The notes below the pieces were generated by a model. It saw only the letters and a program-made list of their open reading frames with translations, was not told the DNA's origin and ran no database searches. From Selaginella moellendorffii (lineage: Eukaryota > Plantae > Lycopodiophyta): DNA of 64,000 nt. The position numbers were made by a program, and so were the translations under genes. The DNA is taken from contig NW_003314378.1 in the NCBI RefSeq assembly GCF_000143415.4, positions 311,280 to 375,279 of the forward strand, in the 5' to 3' direction. Of the stretch, positions 24,939-40,354 are shown one piece after another. Each line of letters opens with the position of its first letter. The stretch's first letter is position 1.

Positions 24939-25540
24939 ATAGAAAGGATCCGGTTTTGGATCGAGCAGAGCAGCGACACCATTCTTTGATCGAGGACGCA
25001 GCAAGAGGGATCCGATGGAAGTGAGAACGAGAAGAAAGAGGAGTTTTTGGGCTGCAAGACTCGCACGAATAAGTATCTTCGCTAGAAGTGACCAGATAGA
25101 AGAAATTCATAGTGTTTGTAATATACGAGGTAGAAACTAGGAAATTCTTTCATTCACGCACGACCGTCGATTGGCGGGGGCGTTACGATCCGGAATGGCA
25201 TTGGCGAGGCAAAATATCGTGGGCCAATGTCTGGCATTATTTTAATCTTAGCCTGGCTTTACTGGTAAAAGGAAATGCCCGGCGCTTGTATCTTCCTTTA
25301 AAACCATGACCTTGTGTGGCGAGCAAGCTTTTTAGGGTTGGCAGTGTGGAGATAGGAATTAGGGATTTTAGCGGCAGGCGATGCATGGCGCGGAGGTAGG
25401 CGCTGTGGATCCTCGCGTTGGAGAGCTTGGTCGCACCGGGAGTGGAGATTTTTGAGCTGCGGCGCTGCGATTAGTGCTTGGCTGCGGGGGTTTAGGTCCG
25501 GAATTTCTTGTGCTGCTGCCAATCTCATGGTCTGCGAGGG

Positions 25541-28500
25541 ATGACAATGTGCCAGAGGCCTGTTGGTGACCCCTGCCAAAAGCTTCTCGAGGAGAGCCGG
25601 ATTTGCGCCGGAGGTATCGATCAGAGCTACACGAACCAGGAGTGGAATGCTTTTGTGGACGATGCTTGCGTCCAGCATGGCGTGCAAGGGGCCGAGTCCG
25701 TGGCTGCCCAGGCCGAGCCGGAGGCGGACATGGAGCTTGACCAGCTGTTTTGCTTGCTCAAAGAACCGGAAAAAAATCTGGTGAGTAGTTTTTAGAATTT
25801 TCTTTTCGTTCTCCAACTTAGCTTTGTTCTTTTCTTTGTGGCAGCAAGATATAGTCGGGCAGGACGAGATTCTAGCAGCGCCAGAAACTAGCCCTTTAGT
25901 ACAAGCGCCACAAGAGTGTAAGTTGGCTTCTGTTTTTTTTTTTGTTTTTTCTGTTTCTGAAAAACTTGTTTTCCAGATACCCATGGAGTGTCACCTTCTT
26001 TACATGATCCCTCGTCTTCGGCAACATTCCCGTACTATCAATCCAGTGACTACGACAGGTCTAGCGGTTCAGTTATCGGGGCAGAGGGCGAGGTTTATGA
26101 TCCAACGTTGAATTCCACTACTTTCACTCCAGTGTGTGAGAGCTCCTGGTCTTTTGGTAATGGTGCTGCGGCGAAGTCTGAGGTTATCGAGATTAGTGAC
26201 GGTGAAGAAGATGAGGTTGGGATTGTAGGAGAGAAGCGCAAGCTGCCCCTGAGCTTCGCTTCTCAGGAGACCACTTCGAAGGCCTGGTGGTATGCTCAGG
26301 AGCAGACCAACGCCAGCGTAAAGAAAGAAGAGAACGGGAACGCTGAAGTTCTTAACTCAGATGACGAATCTGATCAACGGGACGAAAGAGGTGGAACCAC
26401 CCGGAGGCATTACTCTTCAGAACCACGGGTACAGGAAGATAGAAACCTCCGAACAATCTTGCAGGTACGTTTTTAGATTGTTCATTGCGGCAGCGATTTT
26501 ATTTCTTTTTCGGTAGAGGATGATCACTGTCGATGAAAAGGAAGAGGCCAGTCCAGAGGAGGGCTTGATGACAATCCCTCTTCTCAAACATCAGGTGCGA
26601 CTTTTTCTTATCTTCGACCTCTTCTAAGAAGCTTTTCTATGCAGAGAATAGCTTTGGCGTGGATGGAAAAGAGTGAAAATCGTGTGGAATGTTCTGGGGG
26701 AATCCTTGCAGACGATCAGGTAGGCCTATGTGATGGTGGTCATGTTTTTCCTGATTGCTGAGCTCTTTGTTGTGTGTTCGTAGGGACTTGGTAAAACCGT
26801 GTCTACGATAGCACTTATCCTTAAAGCTCGGGCGCCAGTTTCAAAGCTAAACTTGGCCATATCGGAGACAGCACTTATTGAATCTGAGCCTGTGGATCTT
26901 GACGACGATGAGGATGGGGACAAAGACGATGACGAAAGTTCTCAAAAGCTGGATGATAGAAAGTCATCTCTAGGCAGAGGAAGAAAAACAGGTGGCACCC
27001 TTGTTATCTGCCCAACGAGTGTTTTGAGACAGTGGGCACATGAGATCAAGGCAAAGGTGACACCCGCGGCGAATCTCTCGATTTTGGTATATCATGGAAG
27101 TAGCAGGACAAGGAGTGCCGACGACCTTGCGAAGTACGACGTTGTTCTAACAACGTATCCAATCGTGAGTATGGAGGTGCCGAAGCAGCTATTGCCAGAA
27201 GAGAAAGAAGAAGATAAGAGGAATTACGATGACTACGGGCTTGGCAACTTTCGAGGATATCCGAAAAAGAAGAGCAAGCCAAAGAAGAGACTCTCGGACG
27301 AGAAGATTCCCGAGTCGGGCCCTCTAGCAAAAGTGAGCTGGTATCGAGTTGTTTTGGACGAGGCGCAAAGCATAAAAAATTCAAGGACACAAGTAGCTCG
27401 GGCTTGCTGGGGGTTGAGGGCCAAGAAGCGATGGTGTCTATCAGGTACACCAATCCAGAATGCAATTGACGATCTGTACAGCTACTTTCGCTTCCTACGC
27501 TTCGACCCGCTGGACACGTACAAGTCCTTCAGATCGGAGGTGAAGGACCCGATCACTCGAAATCCAGTTTTGGGATATAAGAAACTGCAGCTGATTCTTC
27601 AGGTGGTTATGCTTCGTCGAACAAAAGGCAAGTTTTTTGTATTTTCTATCAAATCTCTGACGACTTTTTTCTTTTTCAGCAACATTGATCGATGGACAAC
27701 CAATCGTAAACTTGCCTCCGAGATTTGTTTGCCTCCAACAGGCTGAATTCAGCGAAGAGGAGCGTATATTCTATAATAGTTTGGAACTCGAGTCACGCAG
27801 ACAGTTCCAGGTATGATAGTCTGGTTGTTTTGTCTGCCAACTGACTTCATGTCTATGTATGCCACCAGGTTTATGCTGAGGAGGGCACGCTTCAGAGTAA
27901 CTACGTGAACATCTTGTATATGTTACTGCGGCTTCGGCAAGCGTGCGACCACCCTCTCCTTGTCAAGGAAACAAACAACGAGTCGACGGAGTTCGACGCG
28001 GTTGAAAACGTAAAGAAGTTGGCGCTGGAGAGAAGGGTGGAGCTCCAGAATACTTTGGATCGGAACAAGTCCATATGCACTATATGTGCGGTAAGTTTTT
28101 TTGTTTGCTTTCGGGGCTATGTCTAATATTTTGTGAACATTTCAGGATGTTCCCGAGTGGGCCGTTATAAGCTGGTGTGGTCACGTCTTCTGTAGGCAGT
28201 GCATCTCAGAGAAGCTAGCCACCAGCGATGATACCGAATGCCCTTTTCCAAAGTGCACCATTCAGCTCAACAGTTGCCTATTGTACAGTCTGACTGCGTT
28301 GAGGAATTGCAACCTGGGTATTGAGCCCACCACCAACAACAATAACAAGGGAAAGAAGAAAAGGCAGCCAACCGACACCAACGGATGGATCTCGTCTTCC
28401 AAGATTGAAGCGGTCATGAAGCTGCTGAAAAATCTTCCCGTAAAAAATCCTGCCGGACCAGCGCCAGACGGGACACGAAGGAGAGCTGAGACAGAAAAGG

Positions 28501-29074
28501 CTATTGTTTTCTCCCAGTGGACAAGTATGCTGGACTTGCTGGAGCCCCAGCTAAGGAAGGCCGATCTTCGTTTCAGCAGATTGGATGGTACAATGACTGT
28601 TGTGGAAAGGGACTCTGCGGTCACGGAATTCAACACCAATCCAGAGGTACGCAATCCTTTTTTTCTCAAAACAAACTTTGTCTGACGTCGTTTTCTTCAC
28701 AGGTGTCTGTGATGATCATGTCACTCAAGGCCGCAAGCTTGGGACTCAACATGGTTGCTGCGTGTCATGTTCTTCTTCTCGATGTGTGGTGGAATCCTAC
28801 AACGGAGGACCAAGCCATCGATCGAGCTCATCGTATCGGACAGACTCGTCCCGTCCACGTTTCAAGGTTTACCGTGAAGAACACCATTGAGGATCGAATT
28901 CTAGCTTTACAGGTACGAGCTTTGAATGTGAAGCTTTGGTTTAACGGTCTAACGCTCTTGTTTGCACAGGAACGAAAGAAGCAAATGGTTTCGTCGGCGT
29001 TTGGAGAGAACGAAGGGAACAATCAAAAGAGTAGGCTCACCATGGACGACATACGCTTCCTCTTCTCGGGCTGA
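25541..29074 (+). CDS. SNF2-RING helicase, RAD5/RAD16 (CHR27/CHR28, FRG-like) subfamily (multi-exon)
   Basis: [55 protein letters not shown] ([15 protein letters not shown]), [15 protein letters not shown] and [18 protein letters not shown]. The start codon is uncertain. Confidence 0.93.
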
Positions 29075-29286
29075 CAGACGAGAGAATAAACACAAGAAGA
29101 GAGGTACGTGAGTGAGTGAAGGCGTCCGAAATTTTGGATTTGACAATTTACCGGCCCCGAGATTTTAGCTTGTATGATACCATTTGATGAAATAGTAGGC
29201 TTATACTACACTCGCTAGAGACTCGTAAGCATGTCTTTCAATTGCTGTTTGAGAAAAGTTCTCGTTTCTTTTGCAGAAGATGGTTT

Positions 29287-30654
29287 CTAGAACACGGATG
29301 AGTCGACCTCTTCCGGAAACTTGGACAGCATCTTTGTGACCACGGCGATCACTGCCTCGACGTCGGGCCTGTTTGCGACTCGAGGCTCTACCATCCACGA
29401 AACGAGCTTGTGAAACGAGCGAGGATATGGCGGAGTGCTCGGCCATTTTATCTGCCCGCTCATGGACGCCAACTGTAAGCTTCCGCCGGCCTCGCCGAGA
29501 GAGTGCTCGAATGGCGAGACGCAGTACCTGAGAAGAGTAGAGACGAAGCCTCTCAATCTCAAAACTTTCGGAGAAAAAACCTACAAAGTTGGAGGAAGAA
29601 CTTACATGATCGCGAAGAGTGTACAGCCGAGTGACCAAACGTCGACTCGCTCGTCAATGTCCGCGATGCTGGGACAGTCCCACAGCTCCGGTGCTCGATA
29701 CGGAGCCGAGCAGTGCTCGGCGGCCCATTCCTGTGGACAAGGCAAGCTGTTCGCATTCGGTGACAAAGCTAACTTCTTCTTCTCCTCCTCTTTTTCTTTG
29801 GCTTTGTTACCTGGATGGCGAGAGCTTCCGAGCGAGACCGAACGCGTTTCCTTGCTAGAGTCGCGCTGCCAAAGTCCATCACCACTGCTTTGGGTGGATC
29901 TTGGTTGCTGGACTTGGAAAGGAGAACGTTTCCTGGCTTGACGTCGTTGTGGGAGTAAGATGGATCGTGCTTGTGCATTTGCTTCAAAGCTTGGCAGATC
30001 TGTGCAAAGAAGAAACGAGTGTGATGAAGATCGAAGAAGCCACGACTGGTTTTCTACCTGTTGGAAGATGTGAAGAACCGTGACTGCTGGGAAGAACTCG
30101 CCTCTAGATCGCATCTCCTCCAGCTGACTTTGGAGCGTTCCATCGGGATACACTGGAAACAAGAGATAGGCCTCGGTGTTCCAAGTGCCTTCTCGCGATC
30201 CCTGCTTGGATTGTTTCACGCTGAGAGCGATCTTGGATCGGAGAAAGAGAGGCAAACCTTGACGGCGATCATGGAATGCTCCAGGAGAGGCAGGAGATTG
30301 GGATGCTTGAAGAGCGACGAGACTTGGATCTCGCGCTTGACGAGCGCGAGCTGCTCCTCGGACTGGATCAGCACTTTCTTCACGGCATACAGACCGTCGT
30401 CTGGAAAGAGATCGAGCAAAATATCGGTCAATCGAGCGATCTAGCAGGGCGCGCGCGCGTGGGGACGAACCTGAGACTTGGGAGGATTGCTTGAGAGGCC
30501 GATCGCCTTGGATCTCCCGGGCGAGGTAGACGAACGCGAATCCGCCCTCGCCGAGCTGCCGCACGATCCGGAAGCGGCGCTGGTTGATCCAGATGTCGGC
30601 GGCGCCGCTGACGGCCTCATAGAGCGCATTCAGCCCCGAGAACGAGCATCCCAT
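29287..30654 (-). CDS. NAK/STK16-family Ser/Thr kinase with N-myristoylation motif (multi-exon)
   Basis: MGCSFSGLNALY, LGEGGFAFVYL, YAVKK, HPNLLPL, HNDVKPGN, DFGS, YRAPEL and DVWSLGC. Confidence 0.93.
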
Positions 30655-30794
30655 AGCTCATTCCTCTCACGCGAGCGCGTGGAAAATTAGGTCTAGATCG
30701 AAGATCATCATCGTTGGTTCGTATAAACCCTAGAATCTAGGGCTCCAGTTGAGGTGTGCCTCCAGCCGCCCAAGCCGCGGTGAGGGGGGGCGCG
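30655..30794. promoter_or_regulatory. 140 bp bidirectional promoter (kinase/ABCE) with telo-box AAACCCTA at 30725-30732
   Basis: Head-to-head ATGs, a telo-box and a GCCCA site-II-like motif. Confidence 0.6.
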
Positions 30795-33186
<2,392 letters not shown>

Positions 33187-33349
33187 GCAAGAGATATCGT
33201 CAGCGATCTCTCCTTTTGCGCAAGTTTTGTATCAGTAGCAATGTAGAGTACTCATATCTAAGTTCTAAGCTGTGATCGCGCTCGTGAGTAACTTCTTCGT
33301 AATAAAATGATATATTACAAATATTAGGGCATGGTTGGATCGCGAGAGG

Positions 33350-34823
33350 ATGGTGCTCGAGCTATGGCGCATGGGCGTTGTGTGGACGCTCGTTCTGCTA
33401 TGCGCGTATTTCAGGCTCTTGTTCCGGCTGGTGTTTGGTCGCGCCGCCATTTATCCTCGCTGCGCGCCCGCCTCGCATTGCGCTCGAGCTTGCATCGTCA
33501 CTGGGGTATGTTTCTCTCTTTCGTTTTGATCCTCTTTAGCTTCAAGTGATGTTCTTCTCAGGCTTCGTCGGGGATTGGGAAGGCAACCGCAGAGATCCTG
33601 GCTCTCGAAGGCTATCACGTAGTTCTAGGTAGCAGCAAGCTTTCTCTTCCTTTTGCTTCGCTTCTTATTCTTTGATCAGCTGGAAGATCACTAGCCAACC
33701 TTGAGAAGGTATGCCTACATTCTCTTATTCCATCGCTCACTTGGGAGTTCTCTTAGGCTGCGAAGGAGCTACACAAGACGCATGAAGATCTTTTGCTCTA
33801 TCCCATGGAGCTCGACCTGTGCTCAGTGCCATCAATACTGAGGTTCGTGAAATCGGTGGAGGAGTGGCTGGGAGCTACACAAGTCTCGCTCCAGCTGCTC
33901 GTCAACAATGCGGGGATTTTTGCCGCGACTCCGCAATGCACGAGCGATGGATACGATCGGTAACAAACTTTCTCCCTCTTTCTTTTCTTTCTTTCGTTCT
34001 CTCACTTCTCGTTTTATCTTTTTGCATTGCAGGGTGGTCATGACGAACTATCTGGGGCCTTACATACTCACGCAATTGCTTCTTCCGAAGCTTCAAAATT
34101 CCTCGCATACGGCACGTATTGTGAATGTCGTTTCTTTCACGCACAGATCCTGTGAGTACATTCTTGCGCAAACGCTCTCTTGTGCGCTGAACTTCGCTTT
34201 GCAGCGCGAAAGCTTCCTTCAGACTTTTGGAAGATGCTGGGAAAGAAAAAGCTGGACGACGAGGACAACTATAGAATGGCAATGACTTACGAGGTTTCGA
34301 AACGTAAGCTCCTTGCTAACATGATACTTGGTTCTTCCGCTTCTGATTCACCATATGTGTAGTTTATGAACTTTTGTGGACATATCAGCTCCATCGGAAG
34401 TACTTGCGAGTTTCAGTCATGTAAGATCCAGGTCATCTTTGTCTAGCGTTGAGTTTCTTGTTCATTTCTACAGGGCAGCTGATCCGGGGGTAGTCGAGAC
34501 GAAAATCCTGAGAGAGCTGCCGTGGTGGCTTGTCCAGTTCGCGTTCATGATGCTAAAAGGAGTGTTTTTGCTACAATCGCCACGGTGCGGAGCGAGAGCC
34601 GTGGTTGATGCCGCTCTAGCTCCCATGGTAAATCCAAATCCTCATCGCCACCCTTCTAAATCCCCTTCACAACTCGCAGGAAGTCTCTGGGAAGTATTTC
34701 TTCGGTGGAAACGGCTTCACGCTCCCTTCATCGGCGCTGTCCCGCGACGAGAAACTGGCCAAGCGGCTATGGAGCCTCACAGAGGAGGCCTACGCGGCAA
34801 CCATGGAACGCTACACAGCGTAA
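33350..34823 (+). CDS. Short-chain dehydrogenase/reductase (retinol dehydrogenase/TIC32-like), multi-exon
   Basis: N-terminal hydrophobic segment, IVTG|ASSGIG, LVNNAG, TNYLGP, RIVNVVS, YEVSK and DPGVVET. Confidence 0.9.
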
Positions 34824-34918
34824 GTCGGTTCATTCACATCTCAAACTCTAAAAACTTGTGATCTTTGTTTCGTTCCCAGACCATCCTCAAATTTGTTTCG
34901 TAGGAGGTAAGAGTCTCG

Positions 34919-35012
34919 AAGAAAATCAAAGAGCATCGTCAAGAAATCAAAGAGCATTGTCAAGAAATCCAAGTTCATCGTCAAGAAATCAGGCTCAAAG
35001 AGCATTGTCAAG
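34919..35012. repeat. Degenerate ~21-bp tandem repeat (aagaaatcaaagagcattgtc), about 4 copies
   Basis: Seen directly in the sequence. Confidence 0.8.
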
Positions 35013-35159
35013 ACAATTGGCTCGTTTTTTTTTTCTTCTTCTTTTTCTTTGCCACTAGATTGCGTACTGGAGGTTTTTTGGCTCGCCAACTTTACTGAGA
35101 GTGGACAAATATGTGGCTCTTGGCCAAGCCGTGCGCACTGGTCACTGTCACCGCCACCT

Positions 35160-35302
35160 TGGCACCGACGTGGCACAAAGTGTGGACACTGGATCACGAG
35201 CTGCCCGGCGAAGCGCGCCAGCGTGGAGGCGCCAGTGGGAAAGATAAAGATTGACAGGCGCCCATTGCTAGCCACGTGTGCGTAGCCTTCCACGTGGCGA
35301 TA
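35160..35302 (+). promoter_or_regulatory. G-box/ABRE and GATA cluster upstream of the CONSTANS-like gene
   Basis: gacgtggc, agataaagat, gccacgtg and ccacgtggcgataa. Confidence 0.55.
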
Positions 35303-35664
35303 AAGGCTTGGTTGTTGCTGACCCATCCTATCTACACTGGGGGGCGTATATTCGCGAGGCGAGAAATGGCTATGGAGGTTCCATCTAGTTCTTCCAGTCA
35401 ATCCATAGCGCGCTCTGCCCTTTGGCGCTGACACTCGCGATTGGATCGTCAGGTACTGGTTGGATCGGTGATGGATTAGCGGCTTAGCTGAGCGGCACAA
35501 GGCAGATTTCTTGGTTCTTTGGATCACGATCGAGGATTCCAGCGAAATATCGGAGAATCGATCGCCAAATCTTGGTATCGACGGCCATTTCCATCGAATC
35601 GATCGATATTTCGGCCAAATCTTGCGGCATCGACGGCCATTTCCACGAATCGATCGATCCAGCA

Positions 35665-36990
35665 ATGACGAAGCCATGCGATGCGTGCCAGTCGGGGAAT
35701 GCAGTGATCTACTGCCGGGCGGACGCGGCCTTCCTGTGCTGTTCTTGCGACAACAAGGTCCACTGCGCCAACAAGCTCGCGTCGCGACACGAGCGCGTCC
35801 TCGTCTGCGAGGTCTGCGAGCACGCCCCGGCGGCGGTCACCTGCAAGGCGGACGCGGCGGCGCTGTGCGTCACCTGCGACAGCGATATCCACTCCGCCAA
35901 TCCCCTCGCCCGCCGCCACGAGCGCGTGCCAATCACGCCCTTCGTCGACTCTAGCGACGGCGGCGCCGCTCCTCCTCCAGCTCCGCCAATCCTCCACGAC
36001 ACCGGCAACGCGAACCACGTCAAAGCCCAGGACCACCACGACCAGCAGCAGCAATGCAGCTATCTTCTCAAGGACGAGGACGAGGACGACGAGGAGGAGA
36101 GCTCCGCTGCGGAGGCCGCGTCGTGGCTCCTCCCACAGCCCAACAATCTCGCCAAGAGCGATGGAGAGAAGCTCGGCGGCGGCGGTGGCAGTGGCGGCTC
36201 CAGCGATGGCGGCGCTGGAGACGGCGACTCCAACGATCCCGACGACTTTGCTGGCGGAGGCGATGGTGGCGGCGATGTTGGAGTGGAGAGCACCGACTTC
36301 TACTCCACTCTCAAGCCATCGGCACCTCCGCCCCTCCGGATCGAGAAGCTCCTCCTCAAGTCCCAGGCCGCGGCCAACTTCGATCTCTTCTCGGACGAGG
36401 ACTCCTACTTGGACATGGACTTCCTGGGCGCGCTCCACTCGGTCACCGACAGCTTGGTTCCAATCCACACCACCGGAGGAGCTCTCCACTCCTCCTCGCC
36501 AGTGGGATCCAACGCCGACTCATACGATCTCGACGTCCACGACAAATCACCTCCACACGCCTACTGCCCCGGCCTGAGCCTCAGCGTAAGTTCTTCACAA
36601 GCTCTCTCTTTTCACGTTTTTCACGTTTATAATCTTCGCTCTTTCCTCCGCCAGGCATCCTCGATCGATGTTGGAGTCGTCCCGGACGCAAGCTTGAGCG
36701 ACATCTCAACTCCCCAGAGCCGGCCGACTTCTTCGTCAGTGTTTGGCAGCGGCGAGGCGCAGGCGGCGGCGGCGCCGCTCCACCATGCCACTCCCCTCGA
36801 GCCGATCGCGCGGGAGGCCAGGGTGCTGCGCTACAGGGAAAAGCGCAAGAACAGGAAGTTTGAGAAGACGATAAGGTACGCTTCTCGCAAAGCTTACGCT
36901 GAGACCCGGCCCAGGATCAAAGGAAGGTTTGCCAAGCGAGGCGAGATGGACTCTTACGATGCCTCCTTTGGCGTTGTTCCTTCCTTTTGA
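35665..36990 (+). CDS. CONSTANS-like (two B-boxes + CCT), intron 36586-36654
   Basis: [27 protein letters not shown] twice; [10 protein letters not shown]; [43 protein letters not shown]; GVVPSF*. Confidence 0.97.
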   Translation: MTKPCDACQSGNAVIYCRADAAFLCCSCDNKVHCANKLASRHERVLVCEVCEHAPAAVTCKADAAALCVTCDSDIHSANPLARRHERVPITPFVDSSDGGAAPPPAPPILHDTGNANHVKAQDHHDQQQQCSYLLKDEDEDDEEESSAAEAASWLLPQPNNLAKSDGEKLGGGGGSGGSSDGGAGDGDSNDPDDFAGGGDGGGDVGVESTDFYSTLKPSAPPPLRIEKLLLKSQAAANFDLFSDEDSYLDMDFLGALHSVTDSLVPIHTTGGALHSSSPVGSNADSYDLDVHDKSPPHAYCPGLSLSVSSSQALSFHVFHVYNLRSFLRQASSIDVGVVPDASLSDISTPQSRPTSSSVFGSGEAQAAAAPLHHATPLEPIAREARVLRYREKRKNRKFEKTIRYASRKAYAETRPRIKGRFAKRGEMDSYDASFGVVPSF

Positions 36991-37323
36991 GCTCTCGCCC
37001 GGAGTTTCTTCGCGTTTTAGCTCCTGAGAGTTGGAGGCTCCAGTGAGAGAGCTGCTCCAAGTTACTTGGAGAGCGGGCTCTCGTTCCACCATAGCCGAGC
37101 TCCCGGTCTACGTAAAATCTCACAGCTTGTACAGTGATCACCGGCGTGCTGCTGGAGTCCCTTTTTTCTTTGATGCGGGATTTCTTCCTGGATGAACTAT
37201 AAATGTATTTCACTATCGCAAACAAATCAAAGTTACACGTTAGAAGCTCTCTCCGAGTCAAGGAGAATCAAAAGTATACCTTCACAGATAGACTTTATTT
37301 CTTGCGAGCATTGGATCAAACTC

Positions 37324-39733
37324 TCAGCTCAGCCACCTCGCCACGCCATCGTCCTCTCCCACGGCTGCCAGTACCTCCATTGACACGTCCATGGACACCT
37401 TTATGAGTTGTGACAGTGAGGAGTCAGTGAAAGAGAGAAAAATGAAAGAGACGCCGCGCTGGATAGCGCTACTTACCCCTCTGAATTTGCTATTCACGAG
37501 CGTACAGTCGCTCAGCTGGGACCCTTCGAGCACCCAGCTCTCCCACATATCGAAATTGTGGTTGAGGAACACGAGCTCCGATTTCTTGTTGGACTGCACG
37601 CACACATGAAAGCATTGACAGGAGATAAACATAAGTTCGGATGAGAACCTGTAGAAGCTTTCCACCAGCAGCCAGTGATCTCAAACCAAGACGATCCTGA
37701 AACCAAAGAGAAGAACATAGAAATGTGTAGTCCTATGTAAGAGAGCTATGGAAAAATGAAAAAAAACGTACTCTATTTCGTAGCACCACGAGGAACTGAG
37801 CAGCAGGATCTCTGGGAGTGACATCCGACATGACGTCCAGGCACCACCTTCGTCCGGGACCTTTCTGCCGAGCAACGTAGTAACCATTCCCAGTCACTGG
37901 ACGGACAGCAACGACATAGCCTTCCTTCAGCACATCGATCGCTTGAAGGTCCTGCACGGACTCGCTAGCCGGTTTCTCCGAGCTCACGTCCGCGTCTTCG
38001 CGTCGGGCCTTGGAATCGTCGGGCGAGGTGAAACGGGAAGTTGAATTCACCGCTTGGTCTCTCCCGCTTGTGCCCCCGGGATCATCTCTTTGCAATGCCA
38101 CCCAGTTAGCATCTCTCTCCGGAACTGGGAACGATTCTGGCACCTGGTGAGATTTCCGTCTCGAGCCCCTCTTCTTCGACTTCTTTCCCGATTTGTTGTA
38201 CATACTGCGAGCCTCGCGGATCTCCTGTGGCGGATAAACAAGCTGCTTCCGGTGAAACTGCTGGCCGGTCTGCGAGTCTGCAATCCACTGATCGTCTTCT
38301 TTGGCACTTTCTCTCTCGAACCGCTCATGCTTCTCTTCCTGCCAGTCCTCTTCGTCCTCTGAAACAGAACTCGCAGGAATAACTCCATTGACAAGATAGG
38401 ACCTCAGCAGAGAAAATGCCTTTAACCGGATTTCGTTCCACGCATCGTCACTGTAATCGGCACTCCGAGGAAGAATTAACACGTTTGACATCTCCCTGAC
38501 CTGTAGAAACACGAGTCAAGTTCCAAACATGTCGCATAAAAAAACCAGGTGCTTACCCACGCTTCCAGCCATTGCGGACCTTCGACGCCATCCAAAGCGC
38601 AGCCAGCAATGATGCCGTCAATGAGAGCTTGCTTCACAGCGCAGTCGTCGAGTAGATGGCAGCTGCTTGAATTCACAATAATAGCCCCTGAGCGAAAGCA
38701 CGCTGAGCTCGTCAACAAAAATTCGTGTAACACTAGAATGCGGTCATTCACGCATGGCATGCAAACGAAACCAAAAAAGAAAAAGAGAAAAAGGGTACCT
38801 GGTTTGATGTACTGCAAAGCTTCGGCGTTTATAATCTGGACGGTGTCGTTGGTGAGCGGGCAGTGAAGCGAAACCACATCACTTTGAGAAAGAAGCTCAT
38901 TCAGACTTTCCACTTTGGTAGCAAACGCAGGAAAAGACTTGCGAGTCTGCTCTTTCACCTGATAGAAAATCCACAAACAAAGTTAGCAGCTCCCTCGAAA
39001 GCACCATCAAAAAAAAATCCACAACAAAGTTAGCAGCTCCCTCACAAGCACTAAGGAAAAAAAAAATTCTTACCTCTTCGGTCTCATAGTATATCACTCT
39101 CATCTTAAACGCCAGGCAGCGAACCGCAAGAGCACAGGCGGATGGCGTCCGACCAACGATCCCCATGACGAGCCCCCGGCATCTCCTCATCCCCTTGCAC
39201 AGCGGCTGGATCGATCCCAGCCAGCCAGCGCTTGCAAATCCCTGAGCCGAGAGAGAATGCGTGTGCCTCAGCAATCCCAGGAGCAACGCCATGACCGTGT
39301 CGGCAATCTCCTCGCCCCTCCCACAATCCACATGAACGAGCTTGAGTCCCATCTCGGCCGCCGCGGTGGAATCCGCCGGCTTGTCAATAGATCCCAGGCA
39401 GAGAATCAGCTGCCAGGGCTGGAGCCGCCGCTGCGCCGCGCGGGGGAGATAGGCCAGGGAATGGATGATCACGGCCGCCGCAGTCTCCAGCTTGCCCTCG
39501 GCAATCTGCGCGAGGTTGAGGTGCTCCAGCGTCGCAATGCCGGCCAGAGCATCGGCATTGAGGATCTGCCAATCCTCGAGGCAATTCAGCGCGACGACGA
39601 GAGGAAGCCCAGGGATCCCCGCCGCCGCTGCCCCGGCCACTTCCTTGACGATCTTGCTGCTGTTGCCGACTGCGTAGCTCGGATTTTGCGAGGTGGCGCC
39701 ATTGCCGGGGGAGCTCACATCGACCTTGGTCAT
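37324..39733 (-). CDS. AN: ANGUSTIFOLIA (plant CtBP-like protein), multi-exon
   Basis: PLVVALNCLED, HSLAYLPRAAQRRL.PWQLILCLGS, GMRRCRGLV.GIVG, CALDGVEGPQWLEAW, ILPRSADYS and C-terminal EDDGVARWL. Confidence 0.96.
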
Positions 39734-39869
39734 TCTGGCTTGCAAATCTGGCCAATGCTCCCTCTAGGCTCTGGATTTCCCCCGCATTCTCTCCTGGATG
39801 CCAAAGCCCTAGCTAGCCCTAGCCCTAAAACTTGGCATTTATGAATAATCTTTATTTTATTCTACTATA

Positions 39870-40190
39870 GAGAATCGAGCCCGAAACGTTTGTTTAGAGA
39901 GGCCGATGTCCTAACTGACTGGTCTAAGCTGTTTTTGTGAGCTTGCGAGCCAGAATAGCGGCTACTTATTGAGCAAAATATTTGCATAAAAGTCCTTGTT
40001 GAGTGGACCCTTCGGCATCGAACCCGGGTCTTGTACAACGGTTTACCTCTACACTTACCTGATAGCCATCATCTCGGCAACCGGGTTCCCGTAATAAAAA
40101 AATCATACCATGTACTTGAACCATGTGTCTTTGCGAAATCCATTTAGATCGCCCATTATCCCGCGCATTCGTCCTGCTGGGCGTTTCGTC
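39870..40190. repeat. Triplicated module M, copy 1
   Basis: Same orientation as copies at ~41790-42030 and ~47965-48310. The core gcataaaagtccttgttgagtggacccttcggcatcgaacccgggtc...gcaaccgggttcc is nearly identical in all three. Confidence 0.92.
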
Positions 40191-40354
40191 CCCGTCTGGT
40201 TTTAGTAGGACAGGATTTAGATGAATCGATCATCGTGGCAGCGCTCTATCGCCTCGCCGCCCACCCTCTCCCATCGCGGTTCTAAATGCTTCTCGCGAAG
40301 GAAGGAAAATTTCACAGGAGTGATTCAAACTAAAATCGAGCAGACCCTCTTGGC

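Noticed and set aside
38966-39045. ~30-bp duplication inside an ANGUSTIFOLIA intron
   Set aside because: An ordinary local slippage duplication with no evidence of function.
40051-40062. U1 snRNA-like 5' end (ACTTACCTG) in module M
   Set aside because: No U1 stem-loops or Sm site follow; it is simply the complement of a 5' splice-site consensus.
39905-40090. Hammerhead, twister or HDV ribozyme, or an intact tRNA, in module M
   Set aside because: Manual fitting failed: no CUGANGA/GAAA core, missing pseudoknot pairings, and the T-stem and acceptor stem do not pair fully.
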